From Actinomycetota bacterium (GTDB lineage: Bacteria; Actinomycetota; Actinomycetes; JACCUZ01), in assembly GCA_030841245.1 (NCBI GenBank), contig JAVEDG010000273.1, positions 1 to 30,858 of the forward strand: 30,858 bases of DNA. Reading direction: 5' to 3'. A model generated the notes under the pieces. The model was not told the origin of the DNA, made no database searches, and saw only the letters and a program-made list of their open reading frames with translations. This document shows, piece by piece, positions 12,928 through 22,901 of the stretch (its first letter is position 1; each line of letters starts with the position of its first letter). A program made the translations under genes and the position numbers.

Positions 12928-14508
12928 ATGGCACGGGAGACCGAGTCCGGCCTGCCGATCGAGCCGGTGTACGGCCCGGAGGCTCTCGACGGCTGGGACC
13001 CCGCCACCGCCCTCGGCGAGGCCGGCAGCTTTCCGTTCACCCGTGGCGTCTACCCCTCGATGTACACCGGGCGGCCCTGGACGATGCGCCAGTACGCCGG
13101 GTTCGGCACCGCGAAGGAGTCCAACGAGCGCTACCACCGGCTGGTCGAGGCGGGCACGGGCGGCCTTTCCGTCGCCTTCGACCTGCCGACCCAGATGGGT
13201 TACGACTCCGACGACCCCAAGGCGCACGGCGAGGTCGGCAAGGTCGGGGTCGCCATCGACTCGGTCGACGACATGCGGACCCTCTTCGAAGGCATCCCGC
13301 TCGACGAGGTGTCGACCTCGATGACGATCAACGCCCCGGCGGCACTGCTCCTGCTGCTCTACCAGCTGGTGGCGGAAGACCAGGGCGTCGACCCGGCGCG
13401 GCTGACCGGCACGATCCAGAACGACGTGCTCAAGGAGTACATCGCTCGCGGCACCTACATCTACCCGCCCAAGGCCTCGCTGCGGCTGATCAGCGACATC
13501 TTCGGCTACTGCTACAAAGAGATCCCGCGCTGGAACACGATCTCGATCTCGGGCTACCACATGGCCGAGGCCGGGGCCACGCCCGCCCAGGAGGTCGCGT
13601 TCACCCTCGCCGACGCCCGCGAGTACGTCCGGGCCGCCCTGGCCGCCGGGCTCGCCGTCGACGACTTCGGGCCGCGGCTGTCCTTCTTCTTCGTCGCCCG
13701 CACCACGCTGCTCGAGGAGGTCGCGAAGTTCCGGGCGGCCCGGCGGATCTGGGCGCGGATCATGCGCGACGAGTTCGGCGCGCGCGACCCCAGGTCGCAG
13801 ATGATGCGCTTCCACACCCAGACGGCCGGGGTGCAGCTGACCGCCCAGCAGCCCGAGGTGAACATGGTGCGGGTGACTGTGCAGGCTCTGGCCGCGGTGC
13901 TGGGCGGCACCCAGTCGCTGCACACGAACTCCTATGACGAGGCGATCGCGCTGCCTTCCGAGAAGGCGGCGCGGCTCGCCCTGCGGACCCAGCAGGTGAT
14001 CGCCCACGAGAGCGACCTCACCGCGACGGTCGACCCGTTCGCCGGCTCCTACGCCGTCGAGAGCCTGACCGACGAGCTCGAGGCGAAGATCGGCGAGTAC
14101 CTGGCCACCATCGAGGACCTCGGGGGTGCGGTGGCCGCGATCGAGGCGGGTTACCAGAAGCGCGAGATCGAGCACGCGGCGTACGACGTGGCGCAGGGCA
14201 TCGAGTCCGGCGACCGCGTCATCGTCGGGGTGAACCGGTACGTGCGTCCTGACGACGAGGTCTACGAGCCGCTGCCCGTCGACCCGGCCATCGAGGAGCA
14301 GCAGGGACGGCGGCTCGCCGACCTGCGAGCGCAGCGCGACCAGGACGAGGTGGACCGCCTGCTCGACCTGCTGCGGGACGCCGCCCGCGGGACGGACAAC
14401 GTGCTCTACCCCATGCACGACGCGCTGCGCGCCAGGGCGACGGTCGGCGAGGTGTGCAACGCGCTACGGGAGGTCTGGGGTGTCTACCAGCCTGCCGACG
14501 CGTCCTGA
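12928..14508 (+). CDS. Methylmalonyl-CoA mutase, stand-alone substrate-binding (large) subunit
   Basis: FPFTRG.YP.MY..RPWTMRQYAGFG, GLSVAFDLPTQMGYDSD, TIQND.LKEYIARGTYIYPP, ISISGYH..EAGA, QSLHTNSYDEA. No DxHxxG B12 domain. SD-like GAGGAAGG before ATG 12928. Confidence 0.92.
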   Translation: MARETESGLPIEPVYGPEALDGWDPATALGEAGSFPFTRGVYPSMYTGRPWTMRQYAGFGTAKESNERYHRLVEAGTGGLSVAFDLPTQMGYDSDDPKAHGEVGKVGVAIDSVDDMRTLFEGIPLDEVSTSMTINAPAALLLLLYQLVAEDQGVDPARLTGTIQNDVLKEYIARGTYIYPPKASLRLISDIFGYCYKEIPRWNTISISGYHMAEAGATPAQEVAFTLADAREYVRAALAAGLAVDDFGPRLSFFFVARTTLLEEVAKFRAARRIWARIMRDEFGARDPRSQMMRFHTQTAGVQLTAQQPEVNMVRVTVQALAAVLGGTQSLHTNSYDEAIALPSEKAARLALRTQQVIAHESDLTATVDPFAGSYAVESLTDELEAKIGEYLATIEDLGGAVAAIEAGYQKREIEHAAYDVAQGIESGDRVIVGVNRYVRPDDEVYEPLPVDPAIEEQQGRRLADLRAQRDQDEVDRLLDLLRDAARGTDNVLYPMHDALRARATVGEVCNALREVWGVYQPADAS

Positions 14509-14538
14509 CAGCGGCGCCCGGCCGGTATGGTTCGCCCA

Positions 14539-15720
14539 GTGACCACAGTGCCGCCGGAGCTCGCCACGCTCGTGAAGGCGAACGCCGACGAGCTGGTTGC
14601 GTTCCGCCGTGACCTGCACGCACATCCGGAGCTGTCCTGGGCCGAGGTACGCACCACTCGGCTGCTGGACGAGCGGCTGGTGGCCGCCGGTCTCGAGCCG
14701 GTCGCGCTGCCGTCGGGGACCGGGCTGCTCTGCGACATCGGGTCCGGCCCGCGCACCGTGGCGCTGCGTGCCGACATCGACGCCCTGCCGATCGACGACC
14801 GCAAGGACGTGTCCTACGCCTCCACCGTCCCGGGGGTCTGCCACGCGTGCGGGCACGACATGCACACGGCCGCGCTGCTCGGCGCCGGCCTGGTGCTGGC
14901 CGAGCTGGACCGCGACGGTCGCCTGCCCGGCCGGGTGCGCCTGGTGTTCCAACCTGCCGAGGAGTCGGCCCGCAGCGGCGCCCGAGCCGTCATCGAGGCG
15001 GGCGGCCTGCGTGACGTCGAGCGCATCTTCGCCCTGCACTGCGACCCGCATCGCCCGGTCGGCCAGCTCGGCCTTCGGGCGGGCCCGATCACGGCCTCGG
15101 CGGACGCGATCACGGTACGGCTGCTCGGCCGCGGTGGCCACACCGCCCGACCGCACCTGACCGGTGACCTCGTCTACGCGCTGGGCCGGGTGATCACCGA
15201 GCTGCCGGCAGCGCTGTCCCGCCGGGTCGACCCCAGAGCGGCGCTCAGCGTGGTCTGGGGCCGCGTGGCCGCCGGCCGCGCCGTCAACGCCATCCCCCAG
15301 GAGGGCGAGGTACAAGGGACCCTGCGCTGCCTCGACGCGGTGGCCTGGCAGGGTGCCCCCGAGCTCGTCCGCGAGCTGGTCGCGGCCATCGTCTCGCCGT
15401 ACGACGTGGGCGCGGACGTGGAGTACGTCCGCGGTGTCCCGCCGGTGGACAACGAGCCCACCAGCATCGAGCTGCTGCGGAGCGCGGTGGAGACGACGGA
15501 GGGCCCGGCTGCCGTGGGCGACACCGAGCAGAGCCTCGGCGGTGAGGACTTCGCGTGGTACCTCGCCACCGTGCCGGGGGCGCTGGCCCGACTCGGGGTG
15601 TCGCCGCCGCACGAGACCCGCCGGCTCGATCTCCACCAGGGGCTCTTCGATGCCGATGAGCGGGCGATCTCGATCGGGACACGCGTGTTCGTCGGGGCGG
15701 CGCTGTTGGCCCTAGGGTGA
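14539..15720 (+). CDS. M20D-family amidohydrolase
   Basis: RRDLHAHPELS..E, ALRADIDALP, CHACGHD.HT, FQPAEE, GGHTARPH, GGEDF, LHQGLFD.DE. Start GTG 14539, 7 nt after -10 TATGGT (alternative ATG 14527). Confidence 0.9.
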   Translation: MTTVPPELATLVKANADELVAFRRDLHAHPELSWAEVRTTRLLDERLVAAGLEPVALPSGTGLLCDIGSGPRTVALRADIDALPIDDRKDVSYASTVPGVCHACGHDMHTAALLGAGLVLAELDRDGRLPGRVRLVFQPAEESARSGARAVIEAGGLRDVERIFALHCDPHRPVGQLGLRAGPITASADAITVRLLGRGGHTARPHLTGDLVYALGRVITELPAALSRRVDPRAALSVVWGRVAAGRAVNAIPQEGEVQGTLRCLDAVAWQGAPELVRELVAAIVSPYDVGADVEYVRGVPPVDNEPTSIELLRSAVETTEGPAAVGDTEQSLGGEDFAWYLATVPGALARLGVSPPHETRRLDLHQGLFDADERAISIGTRVFVGAALLALG

Positions 15721-15816
15721 GGCCGAACCGCCGGAACGCACGCGCGAGGCCGCGCATCTCCGATCGGTAACGAACGACGCCGGACGAGCCGGAGCCGGGA
15801 GGCCACTTGTGGGGTC

Positions 15817-15822
15817 TATAGT
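15817..15822 (+). promoter_or_regulatory. Strong -10 hexamer (TATAGT) for the nucleoside ABC operon
   Basis: Near-consensus hexamer 34 nt before GTG 15857, followed by SD GGAGGA (15848-15853). Confidence 0.6.
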
Positions 15823-15856
15823 CCCGCGTGTCGTCAACCCCACTGCTGGAGGAAAC

Positions 15857-16942
15857 GTGAGGAAGATCGTCCAAGCGGTTGCTGTGACAGGCATTCTCGC
15901 TGTCGCACTGTCCGCCTGCGGATCGAAGAGCGATTCGGGCACGGGCACCAACAACACGAATCCGGGCAGTGGAGGGAAGGCGCTCAAGGCGTGCATGGTC
16001 CTCGACGTCGGTGGCGTCGACGACCGTTCGTTCAACCAGTCGTCGTGGAAGGGCATGACGGACGCCAAACAGGCGAACAGCAACCTTGCGATCTCCTACG
16101 TCGCGTCCGCGTCGCAGAACGACTACACCCCGAACCTCAACGCCGAGGTCGCCAAGGGATGCCAGACCACCATCGCGGTCGGCGGCCTGATGACCGACGC
16201 GATGATCAAGATCGCCAAGAAGAACCCGACCAAGAAGTTCGGCATCATCGACAGCAACACCGGCCAGCCCAACGTCTACGGCATGCAGTTCAACACCGCC
16301 CAGGGCGCCTTCCTCGGCGGCTACCTCGCTGCCGGCATGACCAAGACCGGCAAGGTCGCGACCTTCGGTGGTGTGAACATCCCGCCGGTCACGATCTACA
16401 TGGACGGCTTCTGGGAGGGCGTCCAGTACTACAACCAGCAGAAGAACAAGAACGTCCAGGTCCTCGGCTGGAACGAGAAGAACCAGAAGGCAGGGACGTT
16501 CGCCAACTCGTTCACCGACCAGAACAAGGGCAAGTCGATCTCGGCGGCCTTCGCACAGCAGGGCGCGGACATCATCTTCCCGGTCGCCGGTGGCACCGGC
16601 CTCGGTGCAGGGGCGCTGGCGCAGTCCTCCGGCGGCAAGGTCAATGTCATGTGGGTCGACACCGACGGTTGCGTGAGCGCACCGCAGTACTGCAAGTACT
16701 TCATCACAAGCGTGGTCAAGAACCTTGCCGACGCCGTGAACAAGTACGTCACCGCCGCGGCGTCCGGCGCCTTCCCGACCGGTACCAGCATCGGCACCCT
16801 GAAGAACCAGGGGACGGGGCTCGCCCCGTTCCACGAGTTCGCCTCGAAGGTGCCGTCGAGCCTGCAGTCGGAGCTGACCCAGGTCAAGGCGGACATCATC
16901 TCCGGCAAGATCAAGATCACGTCTCCCGCGCAGCCGAAGTAG
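15857..16942 (+). CDS. BMP-family (PnrA/NupN-like) nucleoside ABC substrate-binding lipoprotein
   Basis: Lipobox LSAC, GGVDDRSFNQSSW.G, GAFLGGYLAAGMTKTGKVATFGG, GADIIFPVAGG.GLG, WVDTDG. Start GTG 15857 with SD. Confidence 0.93.
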   Translation: MRKIVQAVAVTGILAVALSACGSKSDSGTGTNNTNPGSGGKALKACMVLDVGGVDDRSFNQSSWKGMTDAKQANSNLAISYVASASQNDYTPNLNAEVAKGCQTTIAVGGLMTDAMIKIAKKNPTKKFGIIDSNTGQPNVYGMQFNTAQGAFLGGYLAAGMTKTGKVATFGGVNIPPVTIYMDGFWEGVQYYNQQKNKNVQVLGWNEKNQKAGTFANSFTDQNKGKSISAAFAQQGADIIFPVAGGTGLGAGALAQSSGGKVNVMWVDTDGCVSAPQYCKYFITSVVKNLADAVNKYVTAAASGAFPTGTSIGTLKNQGTGLAPFHEFASKVPSSLQSELTQVKADIISGKIKITSPAQPK

Positions 16943-16984
16943 CCTCCCTGGCTAGCCGGTGACGGCGGAGACGAGCACATAGGT

Positions 16985-17019
16985 CGGAGGGGAGGGTGGC
17001 AGCGCCGCCCTCCCCTCCG
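16985..17019 (+). other. 16-bp stem-loop between the BMP gene and the ATPase gene
   Basis: CGGAGGGGAGGG (16985-16996) is perfectly complementary to CCCTCCCCTCCG (17008-17019), extended by TGGC/GCCG around an AGC loop. Confidence 0.8.
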
Positions 17020-17043
17020 CGCGCAGCGACCGAGGAGGCGGCC

Positions 17044-18585
17044 CTGAGGCTGGAACTGCGGGGCATCACGAAGCGGTTCGGGGCCCTCGTGGCCAACGAC
17101 CGCATCGACCTCACGGTCGAGCCGGGTGAGATCCACGCCCTGCTCGGCGAGAACGGTGCCGGCAAGAGCACGTTGATGAACGTGCTCTACGGGCTCTACC
17201 GTCCCGACGAGGGGGAGATCCTCGTCGACGGGAAGCCGGTCGAGCTGCACGGCCCGGCCGACGCGATGGCGGCGGGCATCGGCATGGTCCACCAGCACTT
17301 CATGCTGATCCCGGTGTTCACCGTCACCGAGAACGTCATGCTCGGCCACGAGGACACGAAAGCCCTGGCGTTCCTCGACCGTCGAAAGGCCCGCCGCAAG
17401 GTGCGCGAGGCGATGCGCGGGCTGGAGGTGCCCACCGACGCCCTGGTCGCCGACCTTCCGGTCGGCGTGCAGCAACGGGTCGAGATCGTCAAGGCGCTGA
17501 TCCGCAACGCCGAGGTGCTGATCCTCGACGAGCCGACTGCGGTCCTGACCCCGCAGGAGATCGACGACCTGATGCGCGTGATGCGCCGGCTGCGCGACGA
17601 CGGCAAGTCGATCGTGTTCATCACCCACAAGCTCAAGGAGGTCCGTGCGGTCGCGGACCGGATCACCGTCATCCGGCGCGGCAGCGTGGTCGGGGAGGCC
17701 GCTCCCTCTGCCACCGAGCAGGAGCTCGCGTCGATGATGGTCGGCCGGCAGGTGGACCTGCAGATCGAGAAGTCCGCGGCCGAGGCCGGCGAGCCGGTGC
17801 TGCGGGTCGCGGACCTGCGGCTGGTCGACCCGGACGGGCGGGTGCTGATCGACGGTGTGTCCTTCGACGTGCGCGCCGGCGAGATCTATGCGATCGCCGG
17901 CGTCCAGGGCAACGGCCAGACCGAGCTGACCGAGACCATCATGGGGCTGGTCCGGCCGACGTCGGGCACCCTGCAGATCGGCGGGCTCGACGTCACCCGG
18001 GCGAGCACCGACGAGGTGCTCGACGCGGGAGTGGGCTACGTCCCCGAGGACCGGATGCACGACGGTCTGGTGTCGGACTTCACGGTGGCCGAGAACATGG
18101 TCCTCGACATCTTCGACCGGGCGCCCTTCGGCGGACGGCTCGCGCTGGACCTCGGCAGGATCGCGCAGAACGCTCACGATCGCGTCGAGGAGTTCGACGT
18201 ACGTACGACGTCGATCGACGCGGCGGTGGGCACCCTCTCGGGCGGCAACCAGCAGAAGGTCGTACTCGCCCGTGAGCTGTCCCGGCCGCTCAAGCTGCTC
18301 GTGGTCGCTCAGCCCACGCGAGGTCTCGACGTCGGTTCGATGGAGTTCGTGCACCGGCGCATCGTCGAGGAGCGCGACAGCGGCACGGCGGTCGTCGTCG
18401 TGTCGACCGAGCTCGACGAGGTGCTCGGGCTCGCCGACCGGATCGCGGTGATGTACCGCGGCCGCATCATCCGCGAGGTGCCCGGCGGCACCTCCGCAGA
18501 CGAGATCGGTTTGCTGATGGCCGGCTCGACCGGAGGGGCGGAGCCCGCCGCCGTCCCCGACGGCGAGCCCGAGGAGGACGCATGA
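17044..18585 (+). CDS. Nucleoside ABC transporter ATP-binding protein (two NBDs, NupA/NupO-like); probable CTG start at 17044, alternative GTG 16996
   Basis: [38 protein letters not shown]; second [40 protein letters not shown] (17032-17038) precedes CTG. Confidence 0.93.
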   Translation: MRLELRGITKRFGALVANDRIDLTVEPGEIHALLGENGAGKSTLMNVLYGLYRPDEGEILVDGKPVELHGPADAMAAGIGMVHQHFMLIPVFTVTENVMLGHEDTKALAFLDRRKARRKVREAMRGLEVPTDALVADLPVGVQQRVEIVKALIRNAEVLILDEPTAVLTPQEIDDLMRVMRRLRDDGKSIVFITHKLKEVRAVADRITVIRRGSVVGEAAPSATEQELASMMVGRQVDLQIEKSAAEAGEPVLRVADLRLVDPDGRVLIDGVSFDVRAGEIYAIAGVQGNGQTELTETIMGLVRPTSGTLQIGGLDVTRASTDEVLDAGVGYVPEDRMHDGLVSDFTVAENMVLDIFDRAPFGGRLALDLGRIAQNAHDRVEEFDVRTTSIDAAVGTLSGGNQQKVVLARELSRPLKLLVVAQPTRGLDVGSMEFVHRRIVEERDSGTAVVVVSTELDEVLGLADRIAVMYRGRIIREVPGGTSADEIGLLMAGSTGGAEPAAVPDGEPEEDA

Positions 18586-19862
18586 GCACGCCGACCGCGA
18601 CGGACCCGCCACCGCCCACCGACCCGGAGGACGCAGTGCCGCAACCGCCCGCGCGGTCGTGGGGGACCAGGGCGTTGGACGCGGTCCGTTACGGCAACGC
18701 CGTCGTCGTCACGGTGCTCGCGTTGCTGGTGGCCGTCGTGGTCGGCGGGCTGCTCATCGCGGTGGCGGACGAGCCGACCCGCCAGGCCATGCACTACTTC
18801 TTCTCCTACCCGTGGGACACGTTCTCCCGGGCCTGGTCCGCGGTCTCCAGCGCCTACGGAGCGCTGCTCAAGGGAGCCATCCTCGACCCGCACGCACTCT
18901 CCAGCGGCAGCCTGACCGAGATCTTCAACCCGCTGTCCGAGACGGTGCTGAACTCGATCCCGCTGATCCTCGCCGGTCTGTCGGTGGGTCTGGCCTTTCG
19001 CGCCGGCCTGTTCAACATCGGCGCCCAGGGCCAGATCATCCTGGGCGCCATCTTCGCGGGCTACGTCGGCTTCGCCTGGCACCTTCCCGTGGTGATCCAC
19101 CTGCTCGTGGCGCTGGCCGCAGGCATCATCGGAGGGGCGATCTGGGGTGGGGTGGCCGGCGTCCTCAAGGCGAAGACCGGTGCCCACGAGGTCATCACCA
19201 CGATCATGCTCAACTACGTCGCGGTGTACCTGCTCGCCTACCTGCTCGGCGTCAAGGGCTTCCAGCGCCCGCCGTACCAGCAGGCCATCTCCCGCGTCGT
19301 CGACACCAACGCGACCCTGCCGCACCTGCTCGGGTCGGACCTGCGGCTGCACGCCGGCATCATCATCGCGCTCGCCGCCGCCGTCGGGGTCGGCTGGCTG
19401 CTCGACCGCAGCACCACCGGGTTCCAGCTGCGAGCGGTGGGAGCAAACCCGAGCGCCGCGCGGACGGCAGGGATGAGCGTCGAGCGCAACTACATCCTCG
19501 TGATGGTGCTGGCCGGCGCGCTCGCGGGGCTGGCCGGCTGCAGCCAGATCCTCGGCACCAACCCGGCGATCACGGCGGACATCGACGGCGGCTTCGGCTT
19601 CGACGGCATCACCGTCGCGCTGCTCGGGCGCGGGCGACCCGGCGGGACGGTGCTGGCCGGCCTGCTGTTCGGCGCGCTGCGCGCCGGCGGTGTCGCGATG
19701 CAGTCCGACACGGGAACGCCGATCGACCTGGTCGTGGTCATCCAGTCGCTGATCGTCCTGTTCATCGCCGCACCCCCGCTGATCCGGTCGATCTTCCGGC
19801 TCAAGGCGGCTCGTGGCGCCGGGGTCGGCGGCAGCCAGCTCGCGAAGGGGTGGAACGGGTGA
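18582..19862 (+). CDS. Nucleoside ABC transporter permease (NupB/NupP-like)
   Basis: [72 protein letters not shown] overlap with the ATPase. Confidence 0.93.
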   Translation: MSTPTATDPPPPTDPEDAVPQPPARSWGTRALDAVRYGNAVVVTVLALLVAVVVGGLLIAVADEPTRQAMHYFFSYPWDTFSRAWSAVSSAYGALLKGAILDPHALSSGSLTEIFNPLSETVLNSIPLILAGLSVGLAFRAGLFNIGAQGQIILGAIFAGYVGFAWHLPVVIHLLVALAAGIIGGAIWGGVAGVLKAKTGAHEVITTIMLNYVAVYLLAYLLGVKGFQRPPYQQAISRVVDTNATLPHLLGSDLRLHAGIIIALAAAVGVGWLLDRSTTGFQLRAVGANPSAARTAGMSVERNYILVMVLAGALAGLAGCSQILGTNPAITADIDGGFGFDGITVALLGRGRPGGTVLAGLLFGALRAGGVAMQSDTGTPIDLVVVIQSLIVLFIAAPPLIRSIFRLKAARGAGVGGSQLAKGWNG

Positions 19863-21178
19863 GCGTCACCGACAAGCAACCCGTCGACCCGGAGTCCTCG
19901 ACGGTCCACGAGGTCGTCGAGGTCCCGGTGTCGCGGCGTCGCCGCATCGGCACCGGGATCGTGCTGGCCGTCGTCGGCCTCTTCTGCGTGCTCGCCTTCG
20001 GGCTCGGGTCGCACGCGGGATACGACGCCACATTCGGCCTGTCGAGCCTCGCCGCCGCCCACAACCTGCCCGACGTCGTCCTGCCGGCACGCGTCACCGC
20101 GATCCTGCTCGGCGCCCTCGTCCTGGTCCTTGCGGGCTGGCAGCTCGGGCGCGGTTTCTCCCGACGACAGCTGCGCTGGGTGCTCGGGGTCACGATCTTC
20201 TGCTTCGTGATGGCGTTCCTCTGCTGGGCCATGACCGGTACCAAGGGGACGACCATCGACTTCCTCGGACTGCTGCAGAACACCATCTTCACGGCCACAC
20301 CGCTGATCCTCGGTGCCCTCGCGGGCATCATGTGCGAGCGCTCCGGCGTCATCAACGTGGCGATCGAGGGCCAGATGCTGGCCGGGGCGTTCACCGGGGC
20401 GCTGGCCGCGACGGTGGCGTCCAGCCTCGGCGTCGGGATGGTCGCCGGGATGGTTGCGGGGTCGCTGATGGGTGCCCTGCTCGCGGTGTTCGCCATCAGG
20501 TACGTCGTCAACCAGGTCGTGCTCGGCGTCGTCCTCAACGTGTTCGCGCTCGGCCTGACCGGCTTCCTGTACGACGCACTGATGCAGCCGCACGCCGACA
20601 CGTTCAACAACCCCAACTTCTTCGGGCCCAAGCAGCTCCCGCTGCTCGGCGACATCCCGTTCTTCGGGCCGCTGCTCTTCGACGCCAACGTCATCGTCTA
20701 CCTGACCTACATCCTGATCATCGCCGTCCACGTCGGGCTGTTCCACACCCGCTGGGGGCTGCGCACGCGGGCGGTCGGCGAGCACCCGAGGGCCGCCGAC
20801 ACCGTCGGCATCAACGTGCTGCGCACGCGCTACGTCAACGTCATCGCGGCCGGCCTCATAGCCGGGCTGGCCGGTGCCTACCTCACCATCGGGACCATCG
20901 GGGCGTTCAGCAAGAACATCTCGTCGGGCAAGGGCTTCATCGCGCTCGCGGCCGTCATCTTCGGCAGGTGGCGGCCGCTCGGTGCGCTCGGTGCGGCCCT
21001 GCTGTTCGGCTTCGCCGACGCCCTGCAGACCGTGCTGTCGATCGTCGGCACGCCCGTCTCGATCCCCTCGTCCTTCCTCGCCATGCTCCCGTACCTGGCC
21101 ACGCTCTTCGCCGTCGCGGGGCTGGTCGGGCGAGGGCAGGCACCGGCAGCTGACGGCGTGCCGTACGTGAAGGGGTGA
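19859..21178 (+). CDS. Nucleoside ABC transporter permease (NupC/NupQ-like)
   Basis: ATPLILGALAG..CERSGVINVAIEGQML, WGLRTRAVGEHP.AADTVGINV, GKGFIALAAVIFGRW, LPYLATL. C-terminal half of track ORF 18659-21178; GTGA overlap. Confidence 0.93.
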   Translation: MSVTDKQPVDPESSTVHEVVEVPVSRRRRIGTGIVLAVVGLFCVLAFGLGSHAGYDATFGLSSLAAAHNLPDVVLPARVTAILLGALVLVLAGWQLGRGFSRRQLRWVLGVTIFCFVMAFLCWAMTGTKGTTIDFLGLLQNTIFTATPLILGALAGIMCERSGVINVAIEGQMLAGAFTGALAATVASSLGVGMVAGMVAGSLMGALLAVFAIRYVVNQVVLGVVLNVFALGLTGFLYDALMQPHADTFNNPNFFGPKQLPLLGDIPFFGPLLFDANVIVYLTYILIIAVHVGLFHTRWGLRTRAVGEHPRAADTVGINVLRTRYVNVIAAGLIAGLAGAYLTIGTIGAFSKNISSGKGFIALAAVIFGRWRPLGALGAALLFGFADALQTVLSIVGTPVSIPSSFLAMLPYLATLFAVAGLVGRGQAPAADGVPYVKG

Positions 21179-21579
21179 GCGTGGCCGCCGTCGACTGGGC
21201 CGCCCTGCGCAGCACTGCCCGACAGGCGATGGAGCAGGCCTATGCGCCTTACTCCGGGTTCAGGGTCGGGGCGGCGGCACTGGTCGACGACGGGCGCGTG
21301 GTGTCGGGCTGCAACGTGGAGAACGCGTCGTACGGGCTGACCCTGTGCGCCGAGTGCGGGCTGGTGTCGGCGCTGCACGCGTCCGGGGGTGGCCGGCTGG
21401 TCGCCTTCACCTGCGTGGACGGCCGCGGTGGGCTGCTCATGCCGTGCGGGAGGTGCCGGCAGCTGCTCTGGGAGCACGGCGGGCCCGACCTGCTGGTCGA
21501 GACGCCCTCCGGGGTGCGGCCGATGACCGAGGTGCTGCCGGCCGCCTTCGGACCCGAGGACCTCGAGGACCACCGGTGA
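21175..21579 (+). CDS. cdd: Cytidine deaminase (homotetrameric type)
   Basis: AYAPYS.FRVGAA, GCNVENASYGL.LCAE, PCGRCRQLLWE. Confidence 0.95.
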   Translation: MSVAAVDWAALRSTARQAMEQAYAPYSGFRVGAAALVDDGRVVSGCNVENASYGLTLCAECGLVSALHASGGGRLVAFTCVDGRGGLLMPCGRCRQLLWEHGGPDLLVETPSGVRPMTEVLPAAFGPEDLEDHR

Positions 21580-21583
21580 TCCG

Positions 21584-22876
21584 GTGAACGCCGCTTCGTT
21601 CGACGCGGTGGACGTGATCCGCGCCAAGCGCGACCGGGCCGAGCTCACCGACGCCCAGATCGACTGGGTGATCGCGGCCTACACCCGTGGCGACGTGGCC
21701 GACGAGCAGATGTCGGCGCTGGCGATGGCGATCCTGCTCAACGGCATGTCGCGGCGCGAGGTGTCGCGCTGGACCGACGCGATGATCTCCTCCGGCGAGC
21801 GGCTCAGCTTCCCCGACCTCGGTCGCCCGACCACCGACAAGCACTCGACCGGTGGCGTGGGCGACAAGATCACCCTGCCGCTCGCACCGCTGGTCGCGGC
21901 GTGCGGCGCCGCGGTCCCGCAGCTGTCCGGCCGCGGGCTCGGCCACACGGGAGGCACGCTCGACAAGCTCGAGTCGATCCCGGGGTGGCGCGCCACGCTG
22001 ACGGGCGAGGAGTTCATCGCACAGCTGCGCGAGGTCGGAGCCGTCGTCTGCGCCGCGAGCGACAACCTGGCGCCGGCCGACAAGAAGCTCTACGGGCTGC
22101 GGGACGTGACCGGCACGGTCGAGGCGATCCCGCTCATCGCCAGCTCGATCATGAGCAAGAAGATCGCCGAGGGCACCGGCGCCCTGGTGCTCGACGTCAA
22201 GGTGGGGTCGGGGGCGTTCATGAAGGACGTCGACCGGGCCCGCGAGCTGGCCCGCGCCATGGTCGAGCTCGGAGGTGACCACGGCGTACGCACCGTGGCG
22301 CTGCTCACCAACATGGCCACACCGCTCGGGCGCACGGCAGGCAACGCCCTGGAGGTCCGCGAGTCGGTCGAGGTGCTCGCCGGTGGCGGACCGGCCGACG
22401 TGGTCGACCTGACCCTGGCGCTGGCCCGAGAGATGCTCGCCGCTGCCGGGCTGGAAGGGGTCGACCCCGCCGACCGGCTGGCGGACGGCTCGGCGATGGA
22501 CGTGTGGCGGCGGATGGTCGCCGCGCAGGGCGGCGACCCGGACGCCGAGCTGCCGGTGGCCCGCGAGAGCCAGGTGGTCGCCGCCCCCGCCGACGGCGTA
22601 CTGGTCGAGCTGGACGCCCTGGCCGTCGGGGTGGCGGCCTGGCGGCTCGGTGCCGGGCGGGCCCGCAAGGAGGACGCCGTCCAGGCCGGCGCCGGCGTCG
22701 TGTTGCACGCCAAGCCCGGCGACGTCGTCCGCGGCGGCGAGCCGCTGTTCACCCTGCACACAGACACACCGGAGCGCTTCGCGCGGGCCGTGGAGGCTCT
22801 GGACGGGGCTGTGGTGATCGCTCCCGAGGGGGCTCGTCCGGACCTGCTGCCGCTCGTCATCGACCGGGTGGCCTGA
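21584..22876 (+). CDS. deoA: Thymidine / pyrimidine-nucleoside phosphorylase
   Basis: DKHSTGGVGDK, SGRGLGHTGGTLDKLESIPG, APADKKLY.LRDVT, SIMSKKIAEG, DVKVGSGAFM, LGAGR..KED.V...AG. Confidence 0.96.
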   Translation: MNAASFDAVDVIRAKRDRAELTDAQIDWVIAAYTRGDVADEQMSALAMAILLNGMSRREVSRWTDAMISSGERLSFPDLGRPTTDKHSTGGVGDKITLPLAPLVAACGAAVPQLSGRGLGHTGGTLDKLESIPGWRATLTGEEFIAQLREVGAVVCAASDNLAPADKKLYGLRDVTGTVEAIPLIASSIMSKKIAEGTGALVLDVKVGSGAFMKDVDRARELARAMVELGGDHGVRTVALLTNMATPLGRTAGNALEVRESVEVLAGGGPADVVDLTLALAREMLAAAGLEGVDPADRLADGSAMDVWRRMVAAQGGDPDAELPVARESQVVAAPADGVLVELDALAVGVAAWRLGAGRARKEDAVQAGAGVVLHAKPGDVVRGGEPLFTLHTDTPERFARAVEALDGAVVIAPEGARPDLLPLVIDRVA

Positions 22877-22901
22877 GCCGGCGCCCCGCGAAGCCGAGTG
22901 C

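Noticed and set aside
15804-15811. CACTTGTG shared between the ABC promoter and 24705-24712 as a regulon operator
   Set aside because: Only an 8-mer; the second copy is better explained as a hairpin, and I did not see it at add, deoC or punA.
15721-15856. Purine-type riboswitch before the nucleoside ABC operon
   Set aside because: The TATAGT -10 leaves a leader of only about 28 nt.
15857-16942. BMP gene as a horizontally acquired, lower-GC segment
   Set aside because: The lower GC reflects Lys/Asn/Gln-rich composition; third positions remain G/C and synteny is normal.
18659-19858. Apparent 839-aa ORF (possible giant fusion)
   Set aside because: Only the part from GTG 19859 is the second permease; the upstream part is an alternative frame over the first permease.
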